From the NCBI RefSeq assembly GCF_020177375.1, contig NZ_JAIWHV010000015.1, positions 1 to 64,000 of the forward strand: DNA of 64,000 nucleotides. The letters are read 5' to 3'. Made by a program: the position numbers and the translations under genes. The notes beneath the pieces were generated by a model that was not told the origin of the DNA, ran no database searches, and was given only the letters and a program-made list of their open reading frames with translations. Each line of letters opens with the position of its first letter. The stretch's first letter is position 1. Source of the DNA: Saliphagus infecundisoli. GTDB lineage: Archaea > Halobacteriota > Halobacteria > Halobacteriales > Natrialbaceae. Shown here in pieces: positions 30,132 through 39,829 of this stretch.

Positions 30132-30233
30132 ATACCGTGTAGATGACCACCCATATATTCTTTCCGTTGGCAGCGATCTGCCCGTTCGCCGACACCCAAA
30201 TCGTTATATAAGACTTGATCCACTGTCGAGGAT

Positions 30234-31505
30234 ATGGGAATCGACTTTACTTCCCGCCGAGAGCGAGAACCGGGCTTACTGATCGACTACTCCGAGACGA
30301 CCGGCGACCTCGATGTCGAACGCGCGCCCGGACCGCGCGATCTCGAGATCACGGACATCCAGACGACGATGGTCGATGGAAACTACGACTGGACCCTCGT
30401 CCGCATCTACACCGATGCGGGCATCGTCGGCACGGGTGAGGCGTACTGGGGATCGGGCGTTCCACCGATCATCGAGTCGGCGAAGCCGTATCTCCTCGGT
30501 GAGAATCCCTTGGATATCGATCGCCTGTATACACACCTGATCCAGCGGTTCTCTGGGGAAGGATCACTGGCAGGTTCAGTCGTCACCGCAGTCTCGGGCC
30601 TTGAAATCGCACTTCACGACTTGGCGGGCAAGGTGCTCGACGTGCCGGCCTATCAGCTGCTCGGTGGCAAGTACCGCGATCACGTCCGTGTTTACTGTGA
30701 CACCCACGCGGGTTCTCACGGCGCCGAGTCAGACACGGCGGAGTACCGGGACGAACACTCGCCTGAAGCGTACGCTCAGGCCGCGAAAGGAGTCGTCGAT
30801 GACGGCTTCGACGCCCTGAAGTTCGATCTCGACGTCCCGAGCGAGTACGACAAGGATCGGATGAATCGTCATCTCCGCGATCCGGAACTACGCCACAAAG
30901 TCGACATCGTCGAGGCAGCCACTGAGGCCGTCGACGACGACATCGACGTCGCCTTCGACTGTCACTGGAGCTGGACGGGCGACAGCGCGTCGCGACTGGC
31001 GGAAGCCATCGAACCCTACGACGTTTTTTGGCTCGAAGATCCCGTCCCCCCGGAAAACCACGACGTTCAACGGACCGTTACCCGGAGCACCTCGACGACA
31101 GTCGCCGCCGGCGAAAACGTGTATCGAACACATGGCTTCCGGCGGCTCATCGAGGAGGAAGCCGTCGACGTGATCCAACCCGACCTTCCCAAGATGGGAG
31201 GGATGCGCGAGACGATGAAGATCGCTAACAAGGCCGAAACCTACTACATTCCCTTCGCGCTCCACAACGTCTCCTCGCCGATCGGGACGATGGCCGGCGC
31301 GCACACTGCCTGTGCCTGTCCCAACTTCCTCGCGCTCGAGTACCACGCCCGTGCAGTCGACTGGTGGGCCGATCTCGTGAATGAACCGATCATCGAGGAT
31401 GGATACATCCAGGTTCCCGAACGCCCAGGGATCGGGCTGACACTCGATCTCGATGTCGTCGAGGACCGCATGGTTGAGGGCGAGACGCTCTTCGACGAGT
31501 CGTGA
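30234..31505 (+). CDS. enolase-superfamily sugar-acid dehydratase (paralog of 21746 gene)
   Basis: About 65% identical to the 21746 protein. Confidence 0.8.
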   Translation: MGIDFTSRREREPGLLIDYSETTGDLDVERAPGPRDLEITDIQTTMVDGNYDWTLVRIYTDAGIVGTGEAYWGSGVPPIIESAKPYLLGENPLDIDRLYTHLIQRFSGEGSLAGSVVTAVSGLEIALHDLAGKVLDVPAYQLLGGKYRDHVRVYCDTHAGSHGAESDTAEYRDEHSPEAYAQAAKGVVDDGFDALKFDLDVPSEYDKDRMNRHLRDPELRHKVDIVEAATEAVDDDIDVAFDCHWSWTGDSASRLAEAIEPYDVFWLEDPVPPENHDVQRTVTRSTSTTVAAGENVYRTHGFRRLIEEEAVDVIQPDLPKMGGMRETMKIANKAETYYIPFALHNVSSPIGTMAGAHTACACPNFLALEYHARAVDWWADLVNEPIIEDGYIQVPERPGIGLTLDLDVVEDRMVEGETLFDES

Positions 31506-31569
31506 TGAGATCTCCGTGGGATGATACCTCGTCTGCTCGCCCGCAGAATCACACGACCGGACGACCATG

Positions 31570-31757
31570 ACATCCTCCCCGGCGTGGAGTGATTAGCGCA
31601 ATGGATGAATACGCATCACAGGCTCCAGCTCAAAGCGCTTCTCACCACGAGTGGATTTCCCGATTAAACAAGCCTCCGAGCGTCGCTGAGAACTAAATCG
31701 CCACGTTCCTTCTGGATATTCAGGTGTTGCAGTGACCACTCAACGCCGGGGTTTCCT
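31570..31757. repeat. MITE-like element copy A (about 190 bp) with terminal inverted repeats CCCCGGCGTKGAGTG
   Basis: Left terminus GACATCCTCCCCGGCGTGGAGTG, right terminus (revcomp) CCCCGGCGTTGAGTGG. Internal 57 bp match copy B. Confidence 0.55.
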
Positions 31758-32015
31758 CGCGCTGGGAGTCTCGGCTAGAGTGGTCTGCGCAACGTTTGAC
31801 CATCCCTTCACGGAGACCGGGACCGACGGGATGACGAGACGAAGTTTACAGATCTGGAACGCTCAAAGGTTACGCCCATCACTCAACGGCGGGACTCTCT
31901 CGCTGTTTAAGGTAGCACCGAGGCGAACATCCCCGTCGTGGCCACGGGAGAGAAGAGGTGAAACGCAGATGTCAATTATAGGAGGTTTGAAATGTGGTGG
32001 GGTTCATGAAGAGGT

Positions 32016-33008
32016 ATGAACGGTGATCCTGACATCGTCGTCCTTCGTGGGGAAGCCCACGGCATCCCGATCTCCGAGTATGCCACCGCCCTTCGCGAGC
32101 GGCTTCCGGAGTACGACATCGAACATGCAAAAACACCCCAGCAAGAACGGGAGCTCGTCGTCGACGCCCCGATCATTACTGGCGGGAGCATCACCGAGGA
32201 ACTCCTTGATCGGGCTGAGAAGGCCCGCCTGTACGCGGCCGGCGGTGCCGGGGTCGGCCCAGCCACAGTGAGACCGTGCATAGAACGCGGGCTTACCGTT
32301 ACGAATGCGTCGATCCATGGCCCGAACATCGCCGAGTACGTGCTCGGGACAATGCTTGGATTTTCGAGGAACCTGTATGAGGGGATGCGGCGCAACCAAC
32401 GCCGAGAGTGGCGTCACTTTCAGGCACGAGACTTCACGGATAGTACCGTCACGGTAGTCGGTCTTGGCGCGATTGGGACGGCGATTGTCCAGCGGCTGTC
32501 GGGCTTTGAGGTGGAGACGATCGGGGTCCGATACACGCCCGAGAAGGGCGGCCCGACCGACGAGGTGGTCGGATTCGAGACCGACGCACTCCATGAGGCA
32601 CTCGCTCGGACGGACTATCTCGCGCTCGCCTGTCCACTGACCGAGACCACACGTGGGCTCATCGATGCGGAGGCGCTGTCGGTTCTGCCCCCAGACGCCG
32701 TTCTCGTCAACATCTCGAGGGGGCAACTCGTCGAGACGGACGCGCTCGTCTCGGCGATCAGACAGAACCAGCTCCGGGGCGCCGCACTGGACGTAACCGA
32801 TCCGGAACCGCTCCCCGAGGATCACCCGCTGTGGAACTTCGAGAACGTACTCGTCACGCCCCACATGTCGGGGCATACACCCGACTACTGGGTGCGGTGT
32901 GCGGAGCTCCTCACGCGGAACGTCCGACGGATCGAGGAGACCGGTGAGTTCGACGACTTGGAAAACACCGTCGAACTTACTTCCGACGGCGAGGTAGTGT
33001 TCACGTAG
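32016..33008 (+). CDS. D-isomer-specific 2-hydroxyacid dehydrogenase
   Basis: GLGAIGTAIVQRL NAD motif and catalytic region. Confidence 0.8.
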   Translation: MNGDPDIVVLRGEAHGIPISEYATALRERLPEYDIEHAKTPQQERELVVDAPIITGGSITEELLDRAEKARLYAAGGAGVGPATVRPCIERGLTVTNASIHGPNIAEYVLGTMLGFSRNLYEGMRRNQRREWRHFQARDFTDSTVTVVGLGAIGTAIVQRLSGFEVETIGVRYTPEKGGPTDEVVGFETDALHEALARTDYLALACPLTETTRGLIDAEALSVLPPDAVLVNISRGQLVETDALVSAIRQNQLRGAALDVTDPEPLPEDHPLWNFENVLVTPHMSGHTPDYWVRCAELLTRNVRRIEETGEFDDLENTVELTSDGEVVFT

Positions 33009-33019
33009 TCGTCGCGGAC

Positions 33020-34405
33020 TCAGTATCCGGCTCCCTCGTACTCGAGGTTCGGATTCGGACCGTATCCGAGTTCGTCGCGTCGATCTCGGAAGCGATCGAC
33101 AGCATCGGTGTATTCCGGATCGTCGATGAAGTTTCGTGTTTCGGATGAATCGCGCTCGAGGTCCCAGAGTATCTCCGGCAGCTCCTCACCGTAGTACTGG
33201 TACTTCAGATGATCCTGCTTGATCATCAAGTTCTGCCCATCGAACTGACTGACCGTCTCGTTTTGCCAGTCATCCTCGACCCCCTCTATGAGCGGGACGA
33301 GACTACGACTATCGAGTCCATCAGGAATCGGCAGGCCGGCCAGCTCGGCGAGTGTCGCGTATAGATCACACAGATTGACGTTCTTCTCGACCCGTCCAGA
33401 ATCAAAGCGCTCGGGCCATCGGATGACAAGCGGAACGCGGACGCTTGCCTCGTAGAACTTCTTTTTCTCCCATACTCCGTGTTCTCCCAGCATCTCGCCG
33501 TGATCCGAGGTATAGACGATTATCCACTCTTCGAGGTTCTCGCCAGCGGCCTCCAGAGCAGCCATGATCCGCCCGAAGTAGTCGTCCACAGTTTCGACCA
33601 TCCCGTAGTAGGCCGCTGTCGCCCGGCGCAACTCTCGTTCGGACGCGTCTACTCCCGGTTCAACGGTATATTTTCGGAGGAAAGAGTGATCAGGTGGCTC
33701 CTCGAGATATGGATCAACCCGATTGAGATAGTATTCGAACTTGTCCTGGGTTGTAAAGAATGGGAAATGGGGCTGGATGAGACTGACCTTCAGCAACAAC
33801 GGCCGCTCATCGGCCCGCTGTCGGTCGTAGTACGGACTATTGAAATACTGGGAGATGTACTGCTCCGTACCCTCGACCGAGCGTCGGTCCTGCACCTGCA
33901 CACGTGAGTCACCGACCCCCGCACGCCTGACCTCTTTCGAGTAGGACCACTTCCACTCGCTGCCCGGGTCGTAGTCCTTCTCCCATCGGTCGAAGGCATC
34001 CGGGTCTTTCTTCTCGAGGTACTTGTGATGGAGCGGCCGCTTCATCGGGGTCGGTCCAAGGCGCTTGCGCCATCCTTGCATCTGATCCCAGCCTTGATGG
34101 TGGAGTTTTCCCGCGCAGGTCGTCATATACCCGTATTCCGCGAAGTGACGGGAGAAGGTGTAGTATTCGGGGTCAAGATCATCCCAACCGAGACAGCCAC
34201 ACGTCCTGGGCAGTTCGCCGGCCATTAACGATTGGCGGGCCGGGACGCACACGGGCGATGGCGTGTAAGCGTTAGTGAAGACGGTCCCTGTCTCCGCGAG
34301 TGAGTCGATCGTCGGCGTTCGGACGGTGTCGTCGCCGGCGTACCCCAGTACATCCGGCCGGTGCTCGTCGTCCATCAAGAACAGTATATTCGGTCGGTCC
34401 GGCAT
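33020..34405 (-). CDS. sulfatase (Cys-type, CxPxR signature CVPAR)
   Basis: N-terminal LMDDEHR and the formylglycine signature PVCVPARQS. Confidence 0.8.
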   Translation of the reverse strand: MPDRPNILFLMDDEHRPDVLGYAGDDTVRTPTIDSLAETGTVFTNAYTPSPVCVPARQSLMAGELPRTCGCLGWDDLDPEYYTFSRHFAEYGYMTTCAGKLHHQGWDQMQGWRKRLGPTPMKRPLHHKYLEKKDPDAFDRWEKDYDPGSEWKWSYSKEVRRAGVGDSRVQVQDRRSVEGTEQYISQYFNSPYYDRQRADERPLLLKVSLIQPHFPFFTTQDKFEYYLNRVDPYLEEPPDHSFLRKYTVEPGVDASERELRRATAAYYGMVETVDDYFGRIMAALEAAGENLEEWIIVYTSDHGEMLGEHGVWEKKKFYEASVRVPLVIRWPERFDSGRVEKNVNLCDLYATLAELAGLPIPDGLDSRSLVPLIEGVEDDWQNETVSQFDGQNLMIKQDHLKYQYYGEELPEILWDLERDSSETRNFIDDPEYTDAVDRFRDRRDELGYGPNPNLEYEGAGY

Positions 34406-34681
34406 AGGTACCGCATAGCGCCGTCGCTTAAAAAAACTCCGGCAGAATCAACGCGAATCCGAATCGCGTACCCTCTCCGGCCAACTACAATTTTGCTTCT
34501 GATCCTGATTCTAAACCGGTCCCGAGGATCCGCTCTCTATTCAAGATGTCAATACAAATGGATTGAGGATTATCGATTGTTACGCCTGCTCAACGATTGA
34601 TTGGTATCTTCCAGTAGGTGAGACTCCGAAGTAGCCACATATCCTAGAAAAGATTTATTACCTTCTACGCAATCCTTCCAG

Positions 34682-36289
34682 ATGGACATGGTAGATAATG
34701 ACAGCCGAGACCGTATCGTATCACGCCGACCCTATCTCAAGCTGGTAGGTGCTGGTCTGGCGACGGGGCTCGCCGGTTGTGTCGGAGGGGATGGTGGGAA
34801 CGGCAACGGGAACGGTAACGGCAACGGAAACGGAAATGGCAACGGTGGGAACGGTAACGGCAACGGTAACGGTGGGAACGGGAACGGCAACGGAAACGGA
34901 AATGGCAACGGTGGGAACGGTAACGGCAACGGAAACGGTGGGAACGGCAACGGTAACGGCAACGGCGGGAACGACAGCAACGAGAGTATGGACATAGAGG
35001 GCCAGAGTTTCTCCTTCTGGAGCGTCGACTGGTCCCAGTCCGAGGCCGCCGAAACCTACGTCGACGACACAGTCGAACAGTTCGAGAGCGATTCAGGTGC
35101 TACGGTCAACATACGGAAAGCCGAGAACCCAGCTGGAAACCAACAGGTATGGGTACAATCGTTCGAGAACAACGATTACCCGCACGTCTTTGAGGCGGGC
35201 GCAAACGTTGGGACCATGATCGACATGGGCGTCGTCAAATCCGTTGACGACTACATCGACTTCTTTAGTGACGAGTTCCGTGAACAGTTCGAACCGTGGC
35301 TAGAGCCGTCCGCGGCGCAGTTCAGGGGTACTGAAATGTCTCGAACAGTGTTGCCAATGTTCGGTGATGCGCGGTCTCCGATGGTCGCACGACGGTCGGT
35401 TTTCGAAGAGACACCGGGACTGTCCCCCGACGACTTCCCGCCGGAATCGTATGACGAATACATTGAGATGGCCACCACGCTCCAAGAGGACGGCCCGGTC
35501 GACTTCGGGACCCTGATCTTTGGCGCGGGCGGAGACATCCTTGACAACATGCTCCCAGTGATGGCCTATCACGAGGGCGGACCCATCGACGGCGCGATCT
35601 ACACCGAGGACTGGGAAAGCGTCAACTTCTCCAACGACGCCTGGAAGGAAGCATTTACGAAATATTGTGAGGTCTACACCGAACATGAACTCTCACCCCC
35701 CTCTACGCCGAGCGCGGAGGACGAGCAGGTAGGGGCGTTGCTGCGCGAGCAACGAATCGGAATGGCGTGGCACGAACTATTCACTTTCCCGAACATCAGA
35801 GACCAAATTCCCGACCTCATTGACGACCTGATGTACGGGACGATGTGGGGATCCGAGGAGTACCCCGATGCTATCGCCCGGGGCAATCTTTCGGGTTTCT
35901 GTTTCACTACCCCTCCGGACGGCGAAGACGCAGAGGAATGGGAACAAGCCCAGCGCGCCGCTGCCCAGTACCTCGAACAAACCTATGGGTCCGTCGAGTA
36001 CCAAGTTCGAGCGGCCCAAGACTACGGGCGTCTCCCGCTCCGCGAGGATTCCTGGGATGAAACCGAATCCACTGCCGAAGAGAACAACAACGTCGTCATT
36101 CCGACGATGTTCGAAATGCTCTCGACGATCCGTGACACCGAATTCTTCGGGCAGAACCACCCCCGGAACACTGCCGTCGTCTATACCGACGTGCCGCCGA
36201 CCCTACAGGAGGCACTCACCGGTGACGTCTCTCCAGAGGAGGCGATGGAGAACGCTCAACAGGCCGCAGAAGAGCGGTTGAGTAGCTGA
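34682..36289 (+). CDS. ABC transporter substrate-binding lipoprotein (sugar family) with Tat signal and (GN)n linker
   Basis: RRPYLK Tat motif, lipobox LAGC, then about 57 residues of Gly-Asn dipeptide repeats before the SBP fold. Confidence 0.8.
   Translation: MDMVDNDSRDRIVSRRPYLKLVGAGLATGLAGCVGGDGGNGNGNGNGNGNGNGNGGNGNGNGNGGNGNGNGNGNGNGGNGNGNGNGGNGNGNGNGGNDSNESMDIEGQSFSFWSVDWSQSEAAETYVDDTVEQFESDSGATVNIRKAENPAGNQQVWVQSFENNDYPHVFEAGANVGTMIDMGVVKSVDDYIDFFSDEFREQFEPWLEPSAAQFRGTEMSRTVLPMFGDARSPMVARRSVFEETPGLSPDDFPPESYDEYIEMATTLQEDGPVDFGTLIFGAGGDILDNMLPVMAYHEGGPIDGAIYTEDWESVNFSNDAWKEAFTKYCEVYTEHELSPPSTPSAEDEQVGALLREQRIGMAWHELFTFPNIRDQIPDLIDDLMYGTMWGSEEYPDAIARGNLSGFCFTTPPDGEDAEEWEQAQRAAAQYLEQTYGSVEYQVRAAQDYGRLPLREDSWDETESTAEENNNVVIPTMFEMLSTIRDTEFFGQNHPRNTAVVYTDVPPTLQEALTGDVSPEEAMENAQQAAEERLSS
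34793..34972 (+). repeat. GGNAAC-type hexanucleotide tandem repeat encoding (Gly-Asn)n
   Basis: Seen directly: GGG/GGC/GGA AAC units, with extra GGT GGG (Gly-Gly) periodically. Confidence 0.85.
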
Positions 36290-36356
36290 AGAGACCCGCT
36301 TTCGCCCTTGGTCGAACCGCAACAACTAATACCCGTGTCAATCTTACCCATACAAT

Positions 36357-37304
36357 ATGAGCGTTTCATCAGTGTACCAGACGTATAAGAGCCAACTGTT
36401 CAATCGGTACCAGTCCGCGGGAACAACGTTCAGAGAAAACAGATTCGAGTATCTGCTGGTGATGCCGGCGTTGATACTGATCGGTCTGCTCCTTTGGGTG
36501 CCCTTCATACGAGGCGTTTACATGTCACTTTTTAACTGGCCACTGCTCGGCGAGAACGAGTGGATCGGGCTGGGCAACTACGAATTCCTGTTCGGTTGGG
36601 AGCCGTTCTGGACGTCGGTAAGAGTGACCCTGATCTATAGCATTAATACAGTAATCCACATGGTGCTAGGTGTCGTCGCCGCACTGCTGGTGTATCATAT
36701 GAGAGGCATCCCAAAAAAGCTGACCAGTGGGGCCTTTCTCATCTCGTATGCGATGCCGCCCGTCGTGACGGGCACTCTCTGGCTATATCTGGTTGATCCC
36801 GAGTTCGGCCCGATCATGACGCTGCTGGTTGATATCGGGATCCTTTCCGATCCGATATTCTGGAAATCGAGCGGGACCGCAGCCTTAGTCGTCGTCACCC
36901 TTGTGGCCGGCTGGACGTTCTGGCCGTTCGTCTTCCTAATCGTCCTCGCCAGCCGGGAAGGAATATCCAAAACGCAGTACGAGGTCGCGAGGATGTACGG
37001 CGCCAGTCGACTCCAGCAAACCCTGAAGATTACGCTCCCACAGTTGAAGTCGGCGATTCTCGTCGCGGTGAGCCTCAGACTCATCTGGAACTTGGCGAAG
37101 GTATCACAGCCGTTCCAGATGACCACGGGTGGCCCGGGGTACGAAACGTCCGTACTCGGATTACTACTGTACAGGGACGCGTACTTCGCCGGTCAGATGG
37201 GTCGAGCGTACTCGGTAGGGATCATACTGCTCCTTATTACACTCGGGGCAGTAATGATCTTCCTCCGTGAATTCGAGCGCCAGAGCGGGGAGGTGGAGTT
37301 CTAA
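36357..37304 (+). CDS. sugar ABC transporter permease (MalF/UgpA-like)
   Basis: Six TM segments and the EAA-type loop. Confidence 0.85.
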   Translation: MSVSSVYQTYKSQLFNRYQSAGTTFRENRFEYLLVMPALILIGLLLWVPFIRGVYMSLFNWPLLGENEWIGLGNYEFLFGWEPFWTSVRVTLIYSINTVIHMVLGVVAALLVYHMRGIPKKLTSGAFLISYAMPPVVTGTLWLYLVDPEFGPIMTLLVDIGILSDPIFWKSSGTAALVVVTLVAGWTFWPFVFLIVLASREGISKTQYEVARMYGASRLQQTLKITLPQLKSAILVAVSLRLIWNLAKVSQPFQMTTGGPGYETSVLGLLLYRDAYFAGQMGRAYSVGIILLLITLGAVMIFLREFERQSGEVEF

Positions 37305-38161
37305 TGAGCACCGCCTCTCGGAGAGCTCAACTGTCGGTATCCGATATCCTCTACAAGCTGTTGTTCTATTCGACGCTAGGAATGTTCCTGCTTATGGTTC
37401 TCGTCCCACTCATCCTGGTTATTTCGGCGTCCTTTCGGCCCCTGGTCGAGATCTATGCGACGGACGTCTACCTGATCCCAAAAGAGCCCACGATCCAACC
37501 CTGGATCGACGGTTACGAGGATCTCAAGCCAAACCTACTCAACAGCCTATATATCGCGACCGGGACGGTCACCATTGCCCTGGTCGTCGCGATTCCCGGG
37601 GCGTACGCGTACGCCCGGACATCGTTCCCGTGGAAGAAACCGCTGTTCTACATCATCATTCTATCGCTGCTGTTTCCCCATGTGCTGCTCGTGATTCCGA
37701 TCACGGATCTCTGGTACGACTTCGGTCTCTACAACACCTTACCCGGAGTATGGCTCGGCCATCAGACGTTCGTCGTTCCGTTCGCGATCTGGATCATGCG
37801 GGACTTCTTTCAGAAGATGCCGAGCAATCTCGAAGAAGCAGCCCAAATCTACGGCTGCACACAGTGGAGTGCGTTCGTCCGGGTCGTGCTACCGCTTGCG
37901 AAACCAGCGATCATCGCCGTGCTCTTTCTGGCCTTCCTGAACGGCTGGAACGACTTCCTGTTCGCGAACATGGTGACCGACAGCAGGGGACCGCAACCAG
38001 CAGTCGTCCAGCTTTACCAGACGATCAACGGCGGGAGCGGCGAGGCGACTGACTGGCAGCTGCTCATGTCGGAGTCGTTGATCATCGGCCTGCCGCCCGT
38101 CACCCTCTACCTGTTCGCACGGCGGTATATCTCCGAAGCGTTCGCCGTCAGCGCTTCGTAG
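37304..38161 (+). CDS. sugar ABC transporter permease (MalG/UgpE-like)
   Basis: EAA loop EEAAQIYGCTQWSAF. Start overlaps the upstream stop. Confidence 0.85.
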   Translation: MSTASRRAQLSVSDILYKLLFYSTLGMFLLMVLVPLILVISASFRPLVEIYATDVYLIPKEPTIQPWIDGYEDLKPNLLNSLYIATGTVTIALVVAIPGAYAYARTSFPWKKPLFYIIILSLLFPHVLLVIPITDLWYDFGLYNTLPGVWLGHQTFVVPFAIWIMRDFFQKMPSNLEEAAQIYGCTQWSAFVRVVLPLAKPAIIAVLFLAFLNGWNDFLFANMVTDSRGPQPAVVQLYQTINGGSGEATDWQLLMSESLIIGLPPVTLYLFARRYISEAFAVSAS

Positions 38162-38301
38162 CCGATCTGCTTCCATTTGTTTCAGGTGATACTCATCCGC
38201 TCTTTCAGGTGAATCCGCTACGAGTCCAGAACGCGCTGGGTGGTTTTTTCCTTCGAAGTTTGGAAAGAAGAAATCCAATAAGTATAACCCCCCATGAGGG
38301 G

Positions 38302-39465
38302 ATGTACCAATGGGATATGAGTTCATCACGAGACTCGCAAGAGATCAGTCCGGCAGAACAAACCCAAGAGCCGGCGCACTATATCGACATTAACGGTCTT
38401 CGAAAAACGTTCTCCAACGGCACTGTCGTTGCGGTGGATGACTTCAACCTTGATATAGAAGAAGACGAGTTCGTCGTCTTCCTAGGTCCCTCTGGGTGTG
38501 GGAAAACGACGACGCTACGGTGTATCTCGGGACTCGAACTCCCTGACGAGGGGGAGGTCATCCTCAACGGGAGAGACGTCACGTTTGACAAGCCAAAAGA
38601 CCGGGATTTGGCGTTCGTCTTCCAGAATATCACGCTGTTTCCTCATATGACCGTCAGAGAGAACATACGGTTCGGTCTGGATATGAAGACGGACCTCTCG
38701 AAAGACGAAAAGAAACGGAAGGTTGAGGAAACCGCCGAGCTCTTGGACATCGCAGAAACGCTCGATCGTCAACCGACCGCTCTCTCCGGCGGACAACAAC
38801 AGCGTGTGAGTATCGGCAGGGCAATGGTGATGGAACCAACTGCATTCCTCCTAGACGAGCCCTTCGCCAACTTGGACGCGAACCTCCGTGACCGAATGCA
38901 GACCGAGATCAAGCGCCTCCAGCGTGAACTCGGGAAGTCGATGATCTTCGTTACTCACGACCAAGAGGAAGCGATGACGTTAGGAGATAAGATCGTCATC
39001 ATGGAGGACGGGGAGATCCAGCAAGTGGGGACGCCGTACGAGATCTACAATCAACCGAAGAACCTGTTCATCGCGAAATTTATCGGCTCACCGTCAACGA
39101 ATATATTTGAGGGAACCGCCAAGATCAACGGTGAAGAAATATATATTGAAACCGATGATTTTGAAGTTAGGCTCCCAAACGTCCGGGCCTCGGAGTTTGC
39201 AGCTTCAAATGGTGATATGGTGTTTTTAGGTATTAGACCCGAGTACATGCACGTCGTGCCCAAATCAGAAGGAATCTTCAACGCCGAGATCGATGTAAAG
39301 GAACTACATGGGGAACACGACGCAATCTACTTCACCGTAGGTGAGACGCCATTTACGGTAACAGAACCCCAAGGACAGGTTCAGGACACTGAACGCGTGA
39401 AAGGGGTTGACTTCGACACCGACAAAATCTGGCTGTTCAACGAGAGAGAAGAACGCATTCATTAG
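38302..39465 (+). CDS. sugar ABC transporter ATP-binding protein (MalK/UgpC-like with C-terminal TOBE domain)
   Basis: Walker A GPSGCGKTT, signature LSGGQQQR, Walker B LLDEPF. Alternative ATG at 38317. Confidence 0.85.
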   Translation: MYQWDMSSSRDSQEISPAEQTQEPAHYIDINGLRKTFSNGTVVAVDDFNLDIEEDEFVVFLGPSGCGKTTTLRCISGLELPDEGEVILNGRDVTFDKPKDRDLAFVFQNITLFPHMTVRENIRFGLDMKTDLSKDEKKRKVEETAELLDIAETLDRQPTALSGGQQQRVSIGRAMVMEPTAFLLDEPFANLDANLRDRMQTEIKRLQRELGKSMIFVTHDQEEAMTLGDKIVIMEDGEIQQVGTPYEIYNQPKNLFIAKFIGSPSTNIFEGTAKINGEEIYIETDDFEVRLPNVRASEFAASNGDMVFLGIRPEYMHVVPKSEGIFNAEIDVKELHGEHDAIYFTVGETPFTVTEPQGQVQDTERVKGVDFDTDKIWLFNEREERIH

Positions 39466-39469
39466 CAGA

Positions 39470-39760
39470 ACTCACATCAGTGAAGAATAACAAGATATTA
39501 CTTGTACTATAGCTATCATATTTCTTAGACAAACTTGTGATCTTAGCAAAGGAGAGGCTTGTCAACAAATTCGGCGGTCTGAAGCTCAATAACTGAACTA
39601 GTTGAAGACCATATTTGCACTATATATCAGATTCTATATCAACAACTTTTTTAGATATTTTCCTAATGCAGAAACAGACGCGGATATCCGGCTATAGTTT
39701 ACTGGAGTGTCCATATTTAAAATGATTTTCAATACAGGATATGTGTGACATCCTCCCGCA
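39470..39760. other. AT-rich (about 35% GC) non-coding spacer
   Basis: Composition. No credible ORF. It abuts repeat copy B. Confidence 0.5.
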
Positions 39761-39829
39761 CCTTGAGTGGTCACTGCAACACCTAAATATCCAGAGGGAA
39801 CGTGGCGATCTAGTTCTCAGCCGTCGTCG
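39747..39829. repeat. MITE-like element copy B (partial, inverted relative to copy A)
   Basis: 57 bp (about 39764-39820) are 54/57 identical to the revcomp of 31687-31743. Shares the GACATCCTCCC flank. It overlaps the stop codon of the MBL gene. Confidence 0.55.

Noticed and set aside
34793-34972. Periodic repeat that could be mistaken for a CRISPR-like array
   Set aside because: It is a 6-nt coding tandem repeat without spacers, inside an ORF.
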